Assembly (NCBI GenBank): GCA_051942245.1
Contig: JAVECL010000044.1
Coordinates: 57,939-77,938, forward strand
Direction: 5' to 3'
Origin: Trypethelium eluteriae
Taxonomy: Eukaryota
DNA length: 20,000 bases
The notes below the pieces were generated by a model. The model ran no database searches. It was not told the origin of the DNA and saw only the letters and a program-made list of their open reading frames with translations. Numbering within the stretch: the first letter of the stretch is position 1; each line of letters begins with the position of its first letter. This document shows positions 1 to 11,443 of the stretch, one piece after another. Position numbers and translations under genes: made by a program.

Positions 1-186
1 GGTGGATATGGCGGCCATCTTAACACGCTCGGCGGCAATCAAGGCTCTGGCTATGGTGGCCTTGGCGGGCTCGGCGGTCACCAGACTGGACAGGGGGGCG
101 GATACAACAACTATGGCGCTGGGTTTGGAAATGCGTATAGCGGTGGATACAATCGCGGTGGATGGGGTGGGAACTATGGACACTAG
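1..186 (+). CDS. DEF1: 3' end (partial) of a Gly/Tyr/Asn-rich low-complexity protein, probably RNAPII degradation factor Def1
   Basis: Frame 1 reads GGYGGHLNTLGGNQGSGYGG...YSGGYNRGGWGGNYGH, stop TAG at 184-186. The ending RGGWGGNYGH is what I recall for Pezizomycotina Def1 homologues (from memory, not searched). The listed ORF 2..199 is the wrong frame. Confidence 0.6.
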   Translation, partial: GGYGGHLNTLGGNQGSGYGGLGGLGGHQTGQGGGYNNYGAGFGNAYSGGYNRGGWGGNYGH

Positions 187-946
187 CCGGACTCCGTAAT
201 CTCTAGTCTGTGGGCTCAAATTGCACTGTGGGGAAATGATGGGATCTTTTGCTTGCACTCGATTTGCTCGGTTTCTTTAGTGGACCTGCGAACTCTGGGG
301 AAAAAGATTGATTGTACGATGACGGGGGCGTTCTTCTGATTTTCAATTTGCCCACACGCCACCTTTTGTTGGTCTCTCCTCTCTCCTCGAGACATCTGCC
401 ATGTTCACCTTTTCTTCTTTTTCCTTCAACAACTATTACTGGTTGTGGCGCGGATGGTTTTCCACACAAAATTTCCTGCGGCTACGATAGCAGGAGCGTC
501 TGTATTATGGATCTTTCGAAGATGAGGAAAGGGCATGCCTCAGAATGCACCTTATGTCTTGCTCACTAATACTGCGATAAGAACTGGAATAAGTTGACGC
601 ATAGGATAGAGAATCCAATGGAATTCTCCGGGCGTCATGAGCCATTGTGCCATCTTTCTTTATGGCTGTAGTTGTTGGTTGTGTACTATATGATGTCTAT
701 CTGCATTTTTACTCAGCCTCGAGATACGTCGCATAGTACGCTCCGTGGACTGCCGTCCGACCATAGGCGTGCTCTGCTTTCAATCGGATTTGAGCAGCTT
801 TTGGACAAGGATCCACGGCGGTTTGCCAAATTTGGCTCACGTGGGTAAGCCTGGATGGCATTGTACAAGACCCTCCAAAGAAGCCGCTGTCGACTCGTCG
901 AAAATTGAGGCAAGGACTGATGCAGCTTGCTCTCAACCCCCTCGTA

Positions 947-2017
947 TTATGATGATTGTTCCATGCCGGGCAGGCCCTCTTTCCCACCCATTTCTCCAAC
1001 AAAATCGTCAAAATCAACTCCCTGCGCCTGAAACAACTCTCTAGCCTGCCTCACTGCCTCAGCCTGCCTCTGCTCCGTGAATCCGCCCTGCTGACTGCTT
1101 TCGTACTGTACAATCTCAATCCACCTAAAAAACAGACTTTCCTTCCCCATCGCTGTCAATCGGTCCTTGAACGCCACAATCTTCTTTCTCGCCTCCTCTT
1201 GATCGGCACCTTGCTCTACATCTAATCTCCACACCTCCCACGCCAACCACCCGATCTGTGGTCCTCCATAGCACCATACACTCTTCTCAAACCTCTCTTC
1301 CTCCACCTCTCCCGCATCCACTGCCTTAGTTGCCCTCACCATCGCCCCAAAGTCCAAATCCCAACTCTTATCCATCATCAGATACCCCGTCTTCCCCCTC
1401 ACATAGCCCCTCTCAATCGCCGGCATCACCCTCGTCTTCCACCAAGGACTGTCCTCCGCCGCCCTCCTCCCATCCCCCTCACCAACCAACTCCTCGACGC
1501 CCCAGCGGCGCGAGACGCGGATGTAGATTTCACGCGCGCGGAACCCGCACTTCCAGCGCCAGGTCACCGGGTTCTCGGGCGCCTCGAGCAGGAAGGTGAC
1601 GGGCCAGGGCAGGATGATGCGGAGCAGAAACCAGTCGAGGAGGAACATGACGGCGCGGCCGAAGACGAGGCGCAGCAGGGTGGCGCGCGCGGTCGCCGAG
1701 ATGTCGATGCTGTACGGGGTTGGGTTGCCGAGCGCGGCGAGCACGATGGAGAAGTAGGTGGGGAGGGCGTGGGTGGTGCGCCAGAGGAGTAGGACCACAA
1801 TGGTGAGGTTGAGGAGGGTGGGTACTGCGAAGACTTGTTGCTTGAGTCGGCGGGGATGGGTATCAATGTGGGTGATGTAGACTTTCGAGGGGTCGAGGGT
1901 GGAGAGGAAAGGCTGGAGAGAGGAAGGGGCGAGGGAGAAGGGAGGGGGAATCGTGGTTGAGGTTACGGTTGTGGAGGTTGAGGGTACTGAGGTGCGTTTA
2001 TTTGCGGAACGCGCCAT
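947..2017 (-). CDS. Fungal hypothetical protein, 356 aa, probably with about 2-3 transmembrane segments
   Basis: Single-exon ORF, ATG 2017-2015, TAA 949-947. Hydrophobic segments (VPTLLNLTIVVLLLW; AVMFLLDWFLLRIILPW), biased codon usage and a charged helical C-terminus. Confidence 0.85.
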   Translation of the reverse strand: MARSANKRTSVPSTSTTVTSTTIPPPFSLAPSSLQPFLSTLDPSKVYITHIDTHPRRLKQQVFAVPTLLNLTIVVLLLWRTTHALPTYFSIVLAALGNPTPYSIDISATARATLLRLVFGRAVMFLLDWFLLRIILPWPVTFLLEAPENPVTWRWKCGFRAREIYIRVSRRWGVEELVGEGDGRRAAEDSPWWKTRVMPAIERGYVRGKTGYLMMDKSWDLDFGAMVRATKAVDAGEVEEERFEKSVWCYGGPQIGWLAWEVWRLDVEQGADQEEARKKIVAFKDRLTAMGKESLFFRWIEIVQYESSQQGGFTEQRQAEAVRQARELFQAQGVDFDDFVGEMGGKEGLPGMEQSS

Positions 2018-2466
2018 GATTGAGAGCTGCTTGGTGTTGAGTATGGGAGTTGAATAGGATTCTGATGGCCCAGAATTGGGCGACTTAATGTTATCTGATC
2101 ATGTCGGGAGGTGTTTGTGGGATTGACTTAGGGAGAAAGGCAACTGCCCGTAAAGAAACCTGAAGCTGGACCCTGCACGCCACCCCTGCCAGGACCAATA
2201 TCATCGCAGTGAAGCTGCCAATGTCGATTTTCACATTGTCGTCCTAAAAGGGGCTATTGATGTACGAGAATTTATGAAGTGTCAATGCACCTCTTAGGGC
2301 TTCAATCAAGTTACTAGGACATGTAGTCGCTCGTATTGGAAGATATCGGCTTCTATCTTGCACTACTTGAACGGTAAGCTAACATAGACCAATCCTGTTT
2401 TATAGAAACACTTTTTGGATATCTTCCTGACACCACAGCGCCAACCCTCGAAACGCTCGCATTCTC

Positions 2467-3356
<890 letters not shown>

Positions 3357-4284
3357 CTAAGCTGAATAAGGTTAGGTAGAGAGACTTCACATGCTGGTGC
3401 ATCTTTCCCCAGATTCCAACTTTCGTACTGAGTCCGTGCTTCTTTGCGCCCTCCATGTATCGTCATTACCATCGCCCAAGGACCTGCAGTATCGCTCCCC
3501 GAGAATCAGCTTGGACACCGAGTAGCTCGTAAAGTCAAGAACCTAATTTTGTCTGCCCAGAAAGTCGAAATTCAGAGCTGGCGAGCTTGATGAGCTCAAG
3601 TACTGGAACATATCGACGATTGATAAACGTATCAGTTTACTCGTTTCTCCGTAAACTTGAACCTCGTCAAGCCATATTTCAGCCTACTGGTCGGTCGTGA
3701 TTCCAGGATTATATGGATTGTTGAAATGGCTGCTACCGTTGCAGGATCAATCAATTCAATCATGATCTCTGTTTTCGCATACGCTGCCAATGGTTCCGAG
3801 TGCAGATCGGCTATCAATCCCGATGAACGCTACCTAGTTTCTAGCGTCATGGGTACTTAACTTCTGCAACGGCTATCTATCTAACACAAAGCTCAACGAG
3901 TAACACGCCTCGAAATAGCTGCGAATCCTGCATTGACGCTGAGGAAACTCTGCGGTAAGCATTGACTAAATCGTGACGTAATGCAGGGACAGAAGAGCAC
4001 CACGGACCGCAAGACTCTTCCAAGGGTTTCGCCCAAGCCCCTGAGTTGAAGAATTGCCGGATGACAGAGTCAAATTTCCCGCAAACTAATGACCTCAGTC
4101 CAGTGTATTATTGGCAGTCATGGCACGGTGGGTCTCTGACGAGCATGTCCTTCCCGCCATGCCAAGGTTTGTGCATTTTCTGGAGCTCTCAAATACTAGA
4201 TGGAGACATTGAGCCTTTCTCGTTCGTCACCCTTTTGTCTTATACTGCCTCTGATCCCCTCGAACAATATAGCTGCCTCTCAAC

Positions 4285-6029
4285 ATGGCGATCTTATCTG
4301 ATGAAACACGCGACGGTGTCAAACTAGAATTGAGGGGTGCTAGACCATTCTTCGAGGAAGAGCGCCCAGGGTGGAAAGGCTTCGTTGAATGGGAAGGGCA
4401 CAACGAAAAGAAGGAAAAAGCGAAGAAGATTCTAGCTCAGTATGACTTTCATAAAGCGAGTTACTTCCTTGCGCTATGTATCCACAAGATGTGCACTAAT
4501 CGACGAGTAGCCACCAGAGTTCCAGCTTGCGCCATTGCCGAGTAGCAATCCTATCCTTGATGGAAACCGCTGGAAAGAATATCACCTCGCACTTGGTGCC
4601 TCACTGAGAGATATACCCGACATCAGCTGGGACTATGTACAGAAGGAGAAGGCTCCAGATATGCTCCATGTTCTCCAGTTTCCGTACAATGGCGAGCCAC
4701 CCAGGGTAACGTCCCGGTCGTCCTCTACTCAATACTTTGCTAAAATTGCCGCAGCGCCGACTGGTCGAGGACGAAGTCACGTCCAACGCTGACTTTTTTG
4801 TCCGGAATCACGGTGGTATTCCTGAAATCGATGCGGGTAGTTATTTCTTTGATGTCGATGGCTTTGTAAAAAATCCTCAGAGAATCAGCCTTCAGGAACT
4901 ACAAAACGAATCGAAATTTCCACGTCAGTCCAATGTCGTCACACTTCAATGTTCAGGTACACGTCGGATTGAACAGATTCATGAATATCCTGGTGATGGC
5001 GATGAACTTATTAACGCTCCATGGAGTGAGGGGGCAATCGGGAATGCGCGCTGGACTGGAGTCTCCCTGAAAAAAGTTATCAAATACTGCGGAGGCTTTC
5101 AGGACGATTTTGACCCTAACGATATGCACTTAGAATTCTACGGTGCTGACACTTATTTCAAAAAGGGGGAAGTCTACAACTACGTCGTGAGCGTGCCCTG
5201 GCGAAAGGTCAAAATGAACGAAGTCCTTTTAGCTTGGGAGATGAATGGGGAGCCTCTCCCTCGTATTCACGGGTTTCCACTTAGAACGGTTGTCTTTGGC
5301 TACATCGGCGCCCGAAGTACAAAATGGTTATATCGTATTAAGGCCATCAAAGGTCCCAGCCGTGCCCCAGTACAGATGAAAGAATACTTATATTACACCC
5401 CGCAAATTGGCAAGCACAATGTTAAGTATAGTAATGGCTTCTCGATTCAAGACATGCCGGTCTCGAGCGCTATCATGGCTCCTGAAGACAAAGATCAGAT
5501 AGTACATGACGGAAAGATCGAGCTTCGTGGATGGGCGTACAGTGGAGGAGGCCATTGGCCGATCAAAGTGGAGGTTAGTGGAGACGGCGGGAACATCTGG
5601 TATCAGGTTCCTCCAGATCGCTTAAGCAAGAAGTACTTTCACGGATGGCGGACCTGGAGTATGGAGATGCCGGTTGATGCCGAAGGATGGCTGGATTTTT
5701 GCGTAAGGTGCTGGGATAACTCTCTCAATACGCAGCCAACTTTCGTCAGAAGCGCATGGTCTGTTTTCACCAAAGGACATGCGATCTAGTCTTGGATGCT
5801 GACACGATTTTCTAGGAACTGGGATATGCATGTTACCTCGTCATGCCATCGGATAAAGATCTTTAGTGTAAACCGCACCAAGCCAGACACGGCGAAACGC
5901 CTCAAATTCCTGGAAGAAAAGAGAATACCTCTTCTACCGATCACGCAGCCGCTCGGTGTAGATCTTGAGGACGAGGAGGAGTATGATCAAGAGGTAGAGA
6001 AACACGGTGGTAGGGATCCGAAGGAATGA
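4285..6029 (+). CDS. Sulfite oxidase-family molybdopterin oxidoreductase (Moco and dimerisation domains, no cytochrome b5 domain), about 527 aa; exons 4285-4455, 4511-4705, 4755-5758, 5816-6029
   Basis: Motifs FPYNGEPP, FFVRNHGGIP, TLQCSGTRR (Mo-ligating Cys), GAIGNARWTGV, MNGEPLPRIHGFPLR, GARSTKWL, GWAYSGGG, SAWNWD. Introns 4456-4510 (GC-AG), 4706-4754 and 5759-5815 each have a branch site and keep the frame. Confidence 0.92.
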
Positions 6030-6146
6030 TATATTTCTATGCATTGATATTTCTGGAGTACTCTTCGTATCTCTCGTCATAATCGCGCAAATATCCATAT
6101 ATTTCTGTGTGTTATGTGAGTATTCCAAGGCCGTGTCTCGTAACCT

Positions 6147-6795
6147 TCAGGCTTCTGCTCCTTTAGCCTTATTGACCTTTTCACTACCAATTGGTACTAG
6201 CTCTCCAATGATCAAATATTTATCATTGAACCTCTCCTCCCAGCCCTGCAGAGCCTCCATCTCTTCTGGGCCCAAGTCTTGCAACGTGTCTAGAGGACCT
6301 TCGAGGTCTTTAGTCAACATTTCTTCGTCAAAACTTCCACACGCCAGGCCTCGACTCGCATCCCGGCCGGCGAAGTTTTCATACGGACCTCCCGGACCGT
6401 AGAAATTCCGGCCGGATGTTACGTCAAAGATCTTGCCGCGCACAGCCAGATACACAGGCATATTGTTCGTGCCATTGTAAGGCAGCAGTTCTGGAGGCGT
6501 GAAGACGCGGAAGACGGTCGGAGGCGGAGCTTTCGGAAGGACAATTGGTGGCTTCGGACGGATGCGAGTATATATGAGAAAAGCAAGGAGAGAGAGCAGC
6601 ACTAAGTTGATCGGGGTGAAGACGGGAAGTCTATGGTATAGATTGTGAATATTTGGTTCATGTCAGTCTGATAGGGTAGGCTCGGACGTACGCTTCAGCT
6701 GCTGGAGGACTGATGGGTGCTTCGCCTTTATCATTATTAGTGCTTTTGATTGCGTGAGATGTTGGGAATTAAGTAGAGGACTCACTGTCGGCCAT
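6147..6795 (-). CDS. DAP1: Membrane-associated progesterone receptor / Dap1 (cytochrome b5-like heme/steroid-binding protein), 175 aa; exons 6795-6786, 6725-6692, 6630-6147
   Basis: N-terminal transmembrane segment (INLVLLSLLAFLIY), then FTPPELLPYNG, VYLAVRGKIFDVTSGRNFYGPGGPYENFAGRDASRGLA. Introns 6785-6726 (GTGAGT..AAG) and 6691-6631 (GTACGT..TAG) give an open frame. Confidence 0.93.
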
Positions 6796-7324
6796 GTTGA
6801 AGATAGGGATGTTGGAGGCTTGAGTGTTGACGGCATCAAACAATTGTTGCAGTTCAGCTATTGATGACGGAAGGCAGCGAAGCGAGAAATTCGGCGAAGA
6901 CACCCCTCCATTACCGTGTTGGGTAAGCAGCACCCAGGCCAATGTCTCCGTGACAGCCTGGCGGACCCATCAGGGCCCCATCAGGACCCTTTCGACACTT
7001 TCGTACCTCTGCAGGTCTTAGAATAGAGTTGGCTCGCCCTGCACCTACCCGACCTTATATCACCTCCCTAAGAGCCCCCAACGCCAACCCCTTAATAAAC
7101 TTCCGAAGAAGCTTCGTTGATCTACACTATTCTCGCCCTTTCGTCACGTCACAGTCACACTCTTTTGTCACCTTCGTGTACAGTTCACTTTCGCGCGTTG
7201 GACGCCACGACATCCTTTCGGCAAACAACGTGCCATGCTTCCGGTCCGTCATCACTGCCTCCATACGCTGACGCTGAGGGCCACCAATCTTGCTTGAAGC
7301 CCGCCATTCGGTGAGACTGTCCAG

Positions 7325-7585
7325 GTAAGAATGCTTTCGTGTGCACCTGAGTCGTTCATGCAGGCACGATCTGGACGCGCCGGCCATCATGAAACGCGGT
7401 TCCTCCAGATTTTTGTGTTTGAAACACCACATAAGACGGACAATCTACCCTAATGTGCAAATTCTCAAACACGCGACGTGGTGCTAGTGATGAACTCAAT
7501 ATTCTTTTTACATGCCTATGCAATTTATTATAGAAGATAGTTTTGTACTTCTGTCAGCATCCCCAGCTGATCACGTCCAACGCAG
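7325..7585 (+). other. Probable 5'-UTR intron of the downstream hypothetical gene
   Basis: CAG|GTAAGA donor at 7325, GCTGAT branch at 7566-7571, CGCAG acceptor ending 7585, about 50 nt before ATG 7639. Confidence 0.5.
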
Positions 7586-7638
7586 GCGCCAATTGTGAAC
7601 CCAATTTCTCCACGGCCCTCCCCGTCACCACCGACGCA

Positions 7639-9749
7639 ATGTGGAAAAGACTCCAACAACGAGCCCAAGGGAACAAGGAACCCAGTATTGGACGGCCACA
7701 GCTAATAGAAACTACCTACCAAGATGGAAATTGGGACAATATGCCGAGTGTGTCCAACGCCCAAAACTCCAATTACCAGGTCAGTATCACAGCTGGAGAC
7801 GGCCAACGCCCACCAATGCAACGAAACGGTAGCAGCAAGGATGGATTAGCCGAACTCCCCCAGCTTCCGTTGTAAGTCTCGTATTTTTGATTAACCATAT
7901 CTCCCGGTTCACACATTTGCTGCATGATCTGCACCGTTTCCCTCCCTTGGCTCGTCAGCACTCAACCACAAACCGGGGTTTGGGGATTGTCGCATGAGCC
8001 TCACCTGTATCATTAATATCTTTTGCTGCCAGCCATACACCCAGGAATGTCAACCTGTGCATAAAGAGACATTGCAAGCTTCACAGTCATATTTGCATGG
8101 GTCCAGACGAAATGCATAATCTTTGCTAATACGATCATAGCCGTTCACTAGCACCCCGAGAATCAAGTTTGAACGATTTGAGCCGTGCGTCTATGGCCCC
8201 TTCTTCAGTATATTCTCAACCGTCACCGGAGGCCAACAATCATAGATTCCCGCCTCCCGACTCTACTTTACGACCAATCTCCGTAAACGTTTCTGAGCCT
8301 AGTACTCGTCCGGTCTCCGTGGACCAAGGCGACTGGTCACCAGTATCTCCAGTGGAATCAACAGGTTCGGCATCGAAATGGAAATCGAGTCGCATTCCTG
8401 TGCGCAAGCTCTCGGAGACTGGAGCAAAGGATGCCACCAGATGGGATGATTGGTCCGGTGAACCGACCACCAAAGATTCTGGTAGATCTGGACAAGTCCG
8501 TCCTGGTGCATTCGAAGTCTTGCACGGATCGACGTCATCGAATGGTTCCAGTCCTTCAGGTCCAGCTGCAAGAGCCACGGTCAAAGAACGAGCGGCCAAG
8601 CTAGGCGCCAACCAGTCAATTCCAACAGATACGAGACCGCCATGGAAGGGAGCCAGCGGACGTCAGATGTTGGTGGAACAACCACGTGACAAACCTGTTC
8701 GTGAAAAACCGCTGCCAGTCACAACGCCTTTGTCAATTCCCCTGCAGAAGCAAAGAAAGCCGACCGGCCCTCAAACCCGCACTCCAAACAAGAATGCACC
8801 AACCTCACCTAGAAATGTTTCAGGGTCATCGGAAACCGGGCCGGCCCGATACCACGACACTCAACCTGTGTCATCTCCAATGGTGAATGAGGATGAACAC
8901 GACGACGATATCAAACCTGTCGTACCACTCAAGGTCACAAGCCCCACATCTGCCCACTTCACACGATCAAATGCGAAACCTCGTACTTCCTATCCAAGTC
9001 CAGTCTCACCAAATAACGGTCAGAACAACATTGGATCTACCGAACCTTCTCCATTCCCAGATAGACAGTCCAGCATGGAGTCTCACTATCTTCATTCCCA
9101 CCGCGATAATGACCCACCAACGAGTCGCTTCAGCTGGTCCACTCATGCCACTGGCACTACCTATCAGCAACAAAGTCCGCCACCAAGTCCTCCACCGCCG
9201 ATGCCCAAGCTCAGCAATGAGATTGCTACCCCACCTAGCCCGCCCGCGCGAACAACACCACCCATAGCTTCAGCACCCGGTAGTGTATTGAGCCGCAGTC
9301 GTCCGGTCCCTTCATCCAACTCCAACTCCATTGGCAGAAAGCCAGTCCCATCACGCGAGGTCAATCTTTCCACGCCCACTAAGATAAGTCTGAACAGCGA
9401 CCAAGGCAACAGCAATGTCCTTAACGGAAAAGCTCTCCCACTTTCGCCGCCAGAGCTTCAAGGTAAAGATCTGATTACCACGTTGCAGCAACAATCCGAT
9501 GATCTGGAGCGCCGTCGATTCAATGTCGAGAAGCTTGTGAGCGACCTCGAGTCCCCCCGACATCGGAACCCGCTTCAATATGATCTCCGGGCACAGAGAG
9601 AAATCGAGCGCCGCATCAAGACACTCAAGACGCAGGCGGAGGAGTTGCGAAGGGAGGAGCATGATGTGGGATTGCGTTTACATCGAGCTTGGAAGAAACG
9701 GGATGACAGTGAGGACGCGACTTTGTGGGTGAGAAGGATTGCAATGTAA
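7639..9749 (+). CDS. Hypothetical Pro/Ser-rich disordered protein with C-terminal coiled coil, about 613 aa; exons 7639-7871 and 8141-9749
   Basis: MWKRLQQRAQ...ELPQLP joined in frame to the 526-aa ORF by intron 7872-8140 (GTAAGT...GCTAAT...TAG). C-terminal helical block ...EEHDVGLRLHRAWKKRD...LWVRRIAM. Confidence 0.8.
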
Positions 9750-10511
9750 TAAATAACCACTGGTATCCTATCTCACAGCAGTGCTGGCGGATTTTGAGCA
9801 ACAGACACATGGAGAGTGGGAAAACGATGTGTTTTTGGTAGAGGATCATTGTACCAATTTTTTACGACTGTGATCTCTTCTGCCATGGATTCCAGACCGA
9901 CTGAGCATTTCTTGTTGCTTACATTGAGCGATTGGCCTTTATTTTGCTTTCCTTTGGTCGTATCAAGAGATACCCAGGTGCTAGAGACACTCGATGCTAC
10001 AAGCTCTTCTTTCACTCTAGATAGTGTGGTTGTGTACGATGTTTGATTCAAGTTATATATACATATATACATTGGGCTTCAAGAAAACGCCCAAGTGCGA
10101 ATGTCCAGTGTATTCCTCAATGGAAGGGGAATGGACGCTTAGGTACGTCGCTGCTGCCGACGGTCGGAATCGCAAGCATTTTTACTCCAAGGCTACTTGG
10201 TAAATACGAAGAAGAGAAGGGAAGGCTTTGAGAAGTTAGAGACCTAATTCAAAGATGTCGAATCCATTGGTCGAGAGGCAAAACATGGTAGCTCAAGGAT
10301 ATGTAGTCTCCAAAGAGATATTCGGAAAGATCTCGTATAGTGCTCTTACGGCTTGACCGTACGCGTAGAATGCCTACCTAACTTGCCTGTGCTCATTTCC
10401 ATTCACTTCGGGAACCCCTCGCACGCGTTTCCTTCGTGTTGATGTGGTGTCTTGTCCCTTCGCTTCCCTCAATCAACACAGTACGTCATCCTGCAGCTTC
10501 TGTAGATCACA

Positions 10512-10979
10512 TCACTTCTTGCCCGACTTTTTAATTCCTTGCTGTCCTGCATTCATCGGTCCTTTGCCCGTCGCCTTCTTCTTCATCTCCTCAAGGGCTT
10601 TCTTGTCTGCAATCACCACGTCTGTCAGCTTGTCCTCAAACAGCTGAGAATTGAATTGTCCTAACGGCATCGACAACTTGTAAAAGAGAAAAAGTCGTAT
10701 TGACCGCGCGTGTAGGCACAACTCGTAAGTGTCCGCTCAGATGGTAGTTCTTTCACCAGTCCCAGCCCGCGCTTCCACCGCTACTGTAACGCGAAACGGC
10801 ATCACTCACCGGCCTGCTGCTTCTGCTTATAGGCGATATCATCCTCATCCTCCTCCTTCTGCTGCTTTTTCTTTTGCTTGTTGTGGATGGGATTCGTGCC
10901 AGCTGAGGTTGCGCATCAGCTAACAGACTCACAGGAGAGAGGTGGAAGAAGTGAACTCACCGCCTTGACCTGAAGGCAT
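10512..10979 (-). CDS. TMA7: Translation machinery-associated protein 7, 68 aa; exons 10979-10961, 10902-10810, 10606-10512
   Basis: Spliced product [68 protein letters not shown]. The GKGP...GIKKSGKK ending is diagnostic. Both introns are GTGAGT...GCTGAY...CAG. Confidence 0.92.
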
Positions 10980-11328
10980 CTTTTCAACCACTGGATTGAC
11001 CAGGAACTCAAAGGCTCAGCAGATTGGTAAATACTGACTCCAAAAATGAACAAGCTCGCACAAATCTTGCCAGGACTACAGGACTCCAGCGGCGGTCAAG
11101 ATGCTGTGTGGGGTTCTGCGTCGGTGAAAACGCGTCCGAGGATGCATCTCACGTGCCGGGCGGCACCGCAGTCCGATTCATTTCTGATCGCTCTTACCAG
11201 ACTTTTGCTTGTCAACTCTCACCTTCTCGTTTGGTCCATTTTCTGGCCATCCGATTTCTTCTTGGAGCCGGAGCTCCCTCTATCTGACAATCGCGCGGGA
11301 CGCTGCGACCGGCGACAGCGTAGGGACG
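10980..11328. promoter_or_regulatory. Short divergent promoter region between TMA7 and PRP4, containing a TCACGTG E-box at 11149-11155
   Basis: Head-to-head starts 465 nt apart; CACGTG palindrome; pyrimidine-rich tract around 11200-11260. Function of the motif is inferred. Confidence 0.45.
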
Positions 11329-11412
11329 GTACAAATTGCCGGTTCGGCTTCTTACCAAAAACTTCAACCTTGGACAAGACTGAAAAGCTAACGGCTTGCT
11401 TGCGTACTCAAG
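11329..11412 (+). other. Probable 5'-UTR intron of PRP4
   Basis: G|GTACAA donor at 11329, GCTAAC branch at 11387-11392, AAG acceptor ending 11412, ATG at 11444. Confidence 0.55.
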
Positions 11413-11443
11413 GCCGGCATATCTGCCATCAATTACCGTCACG

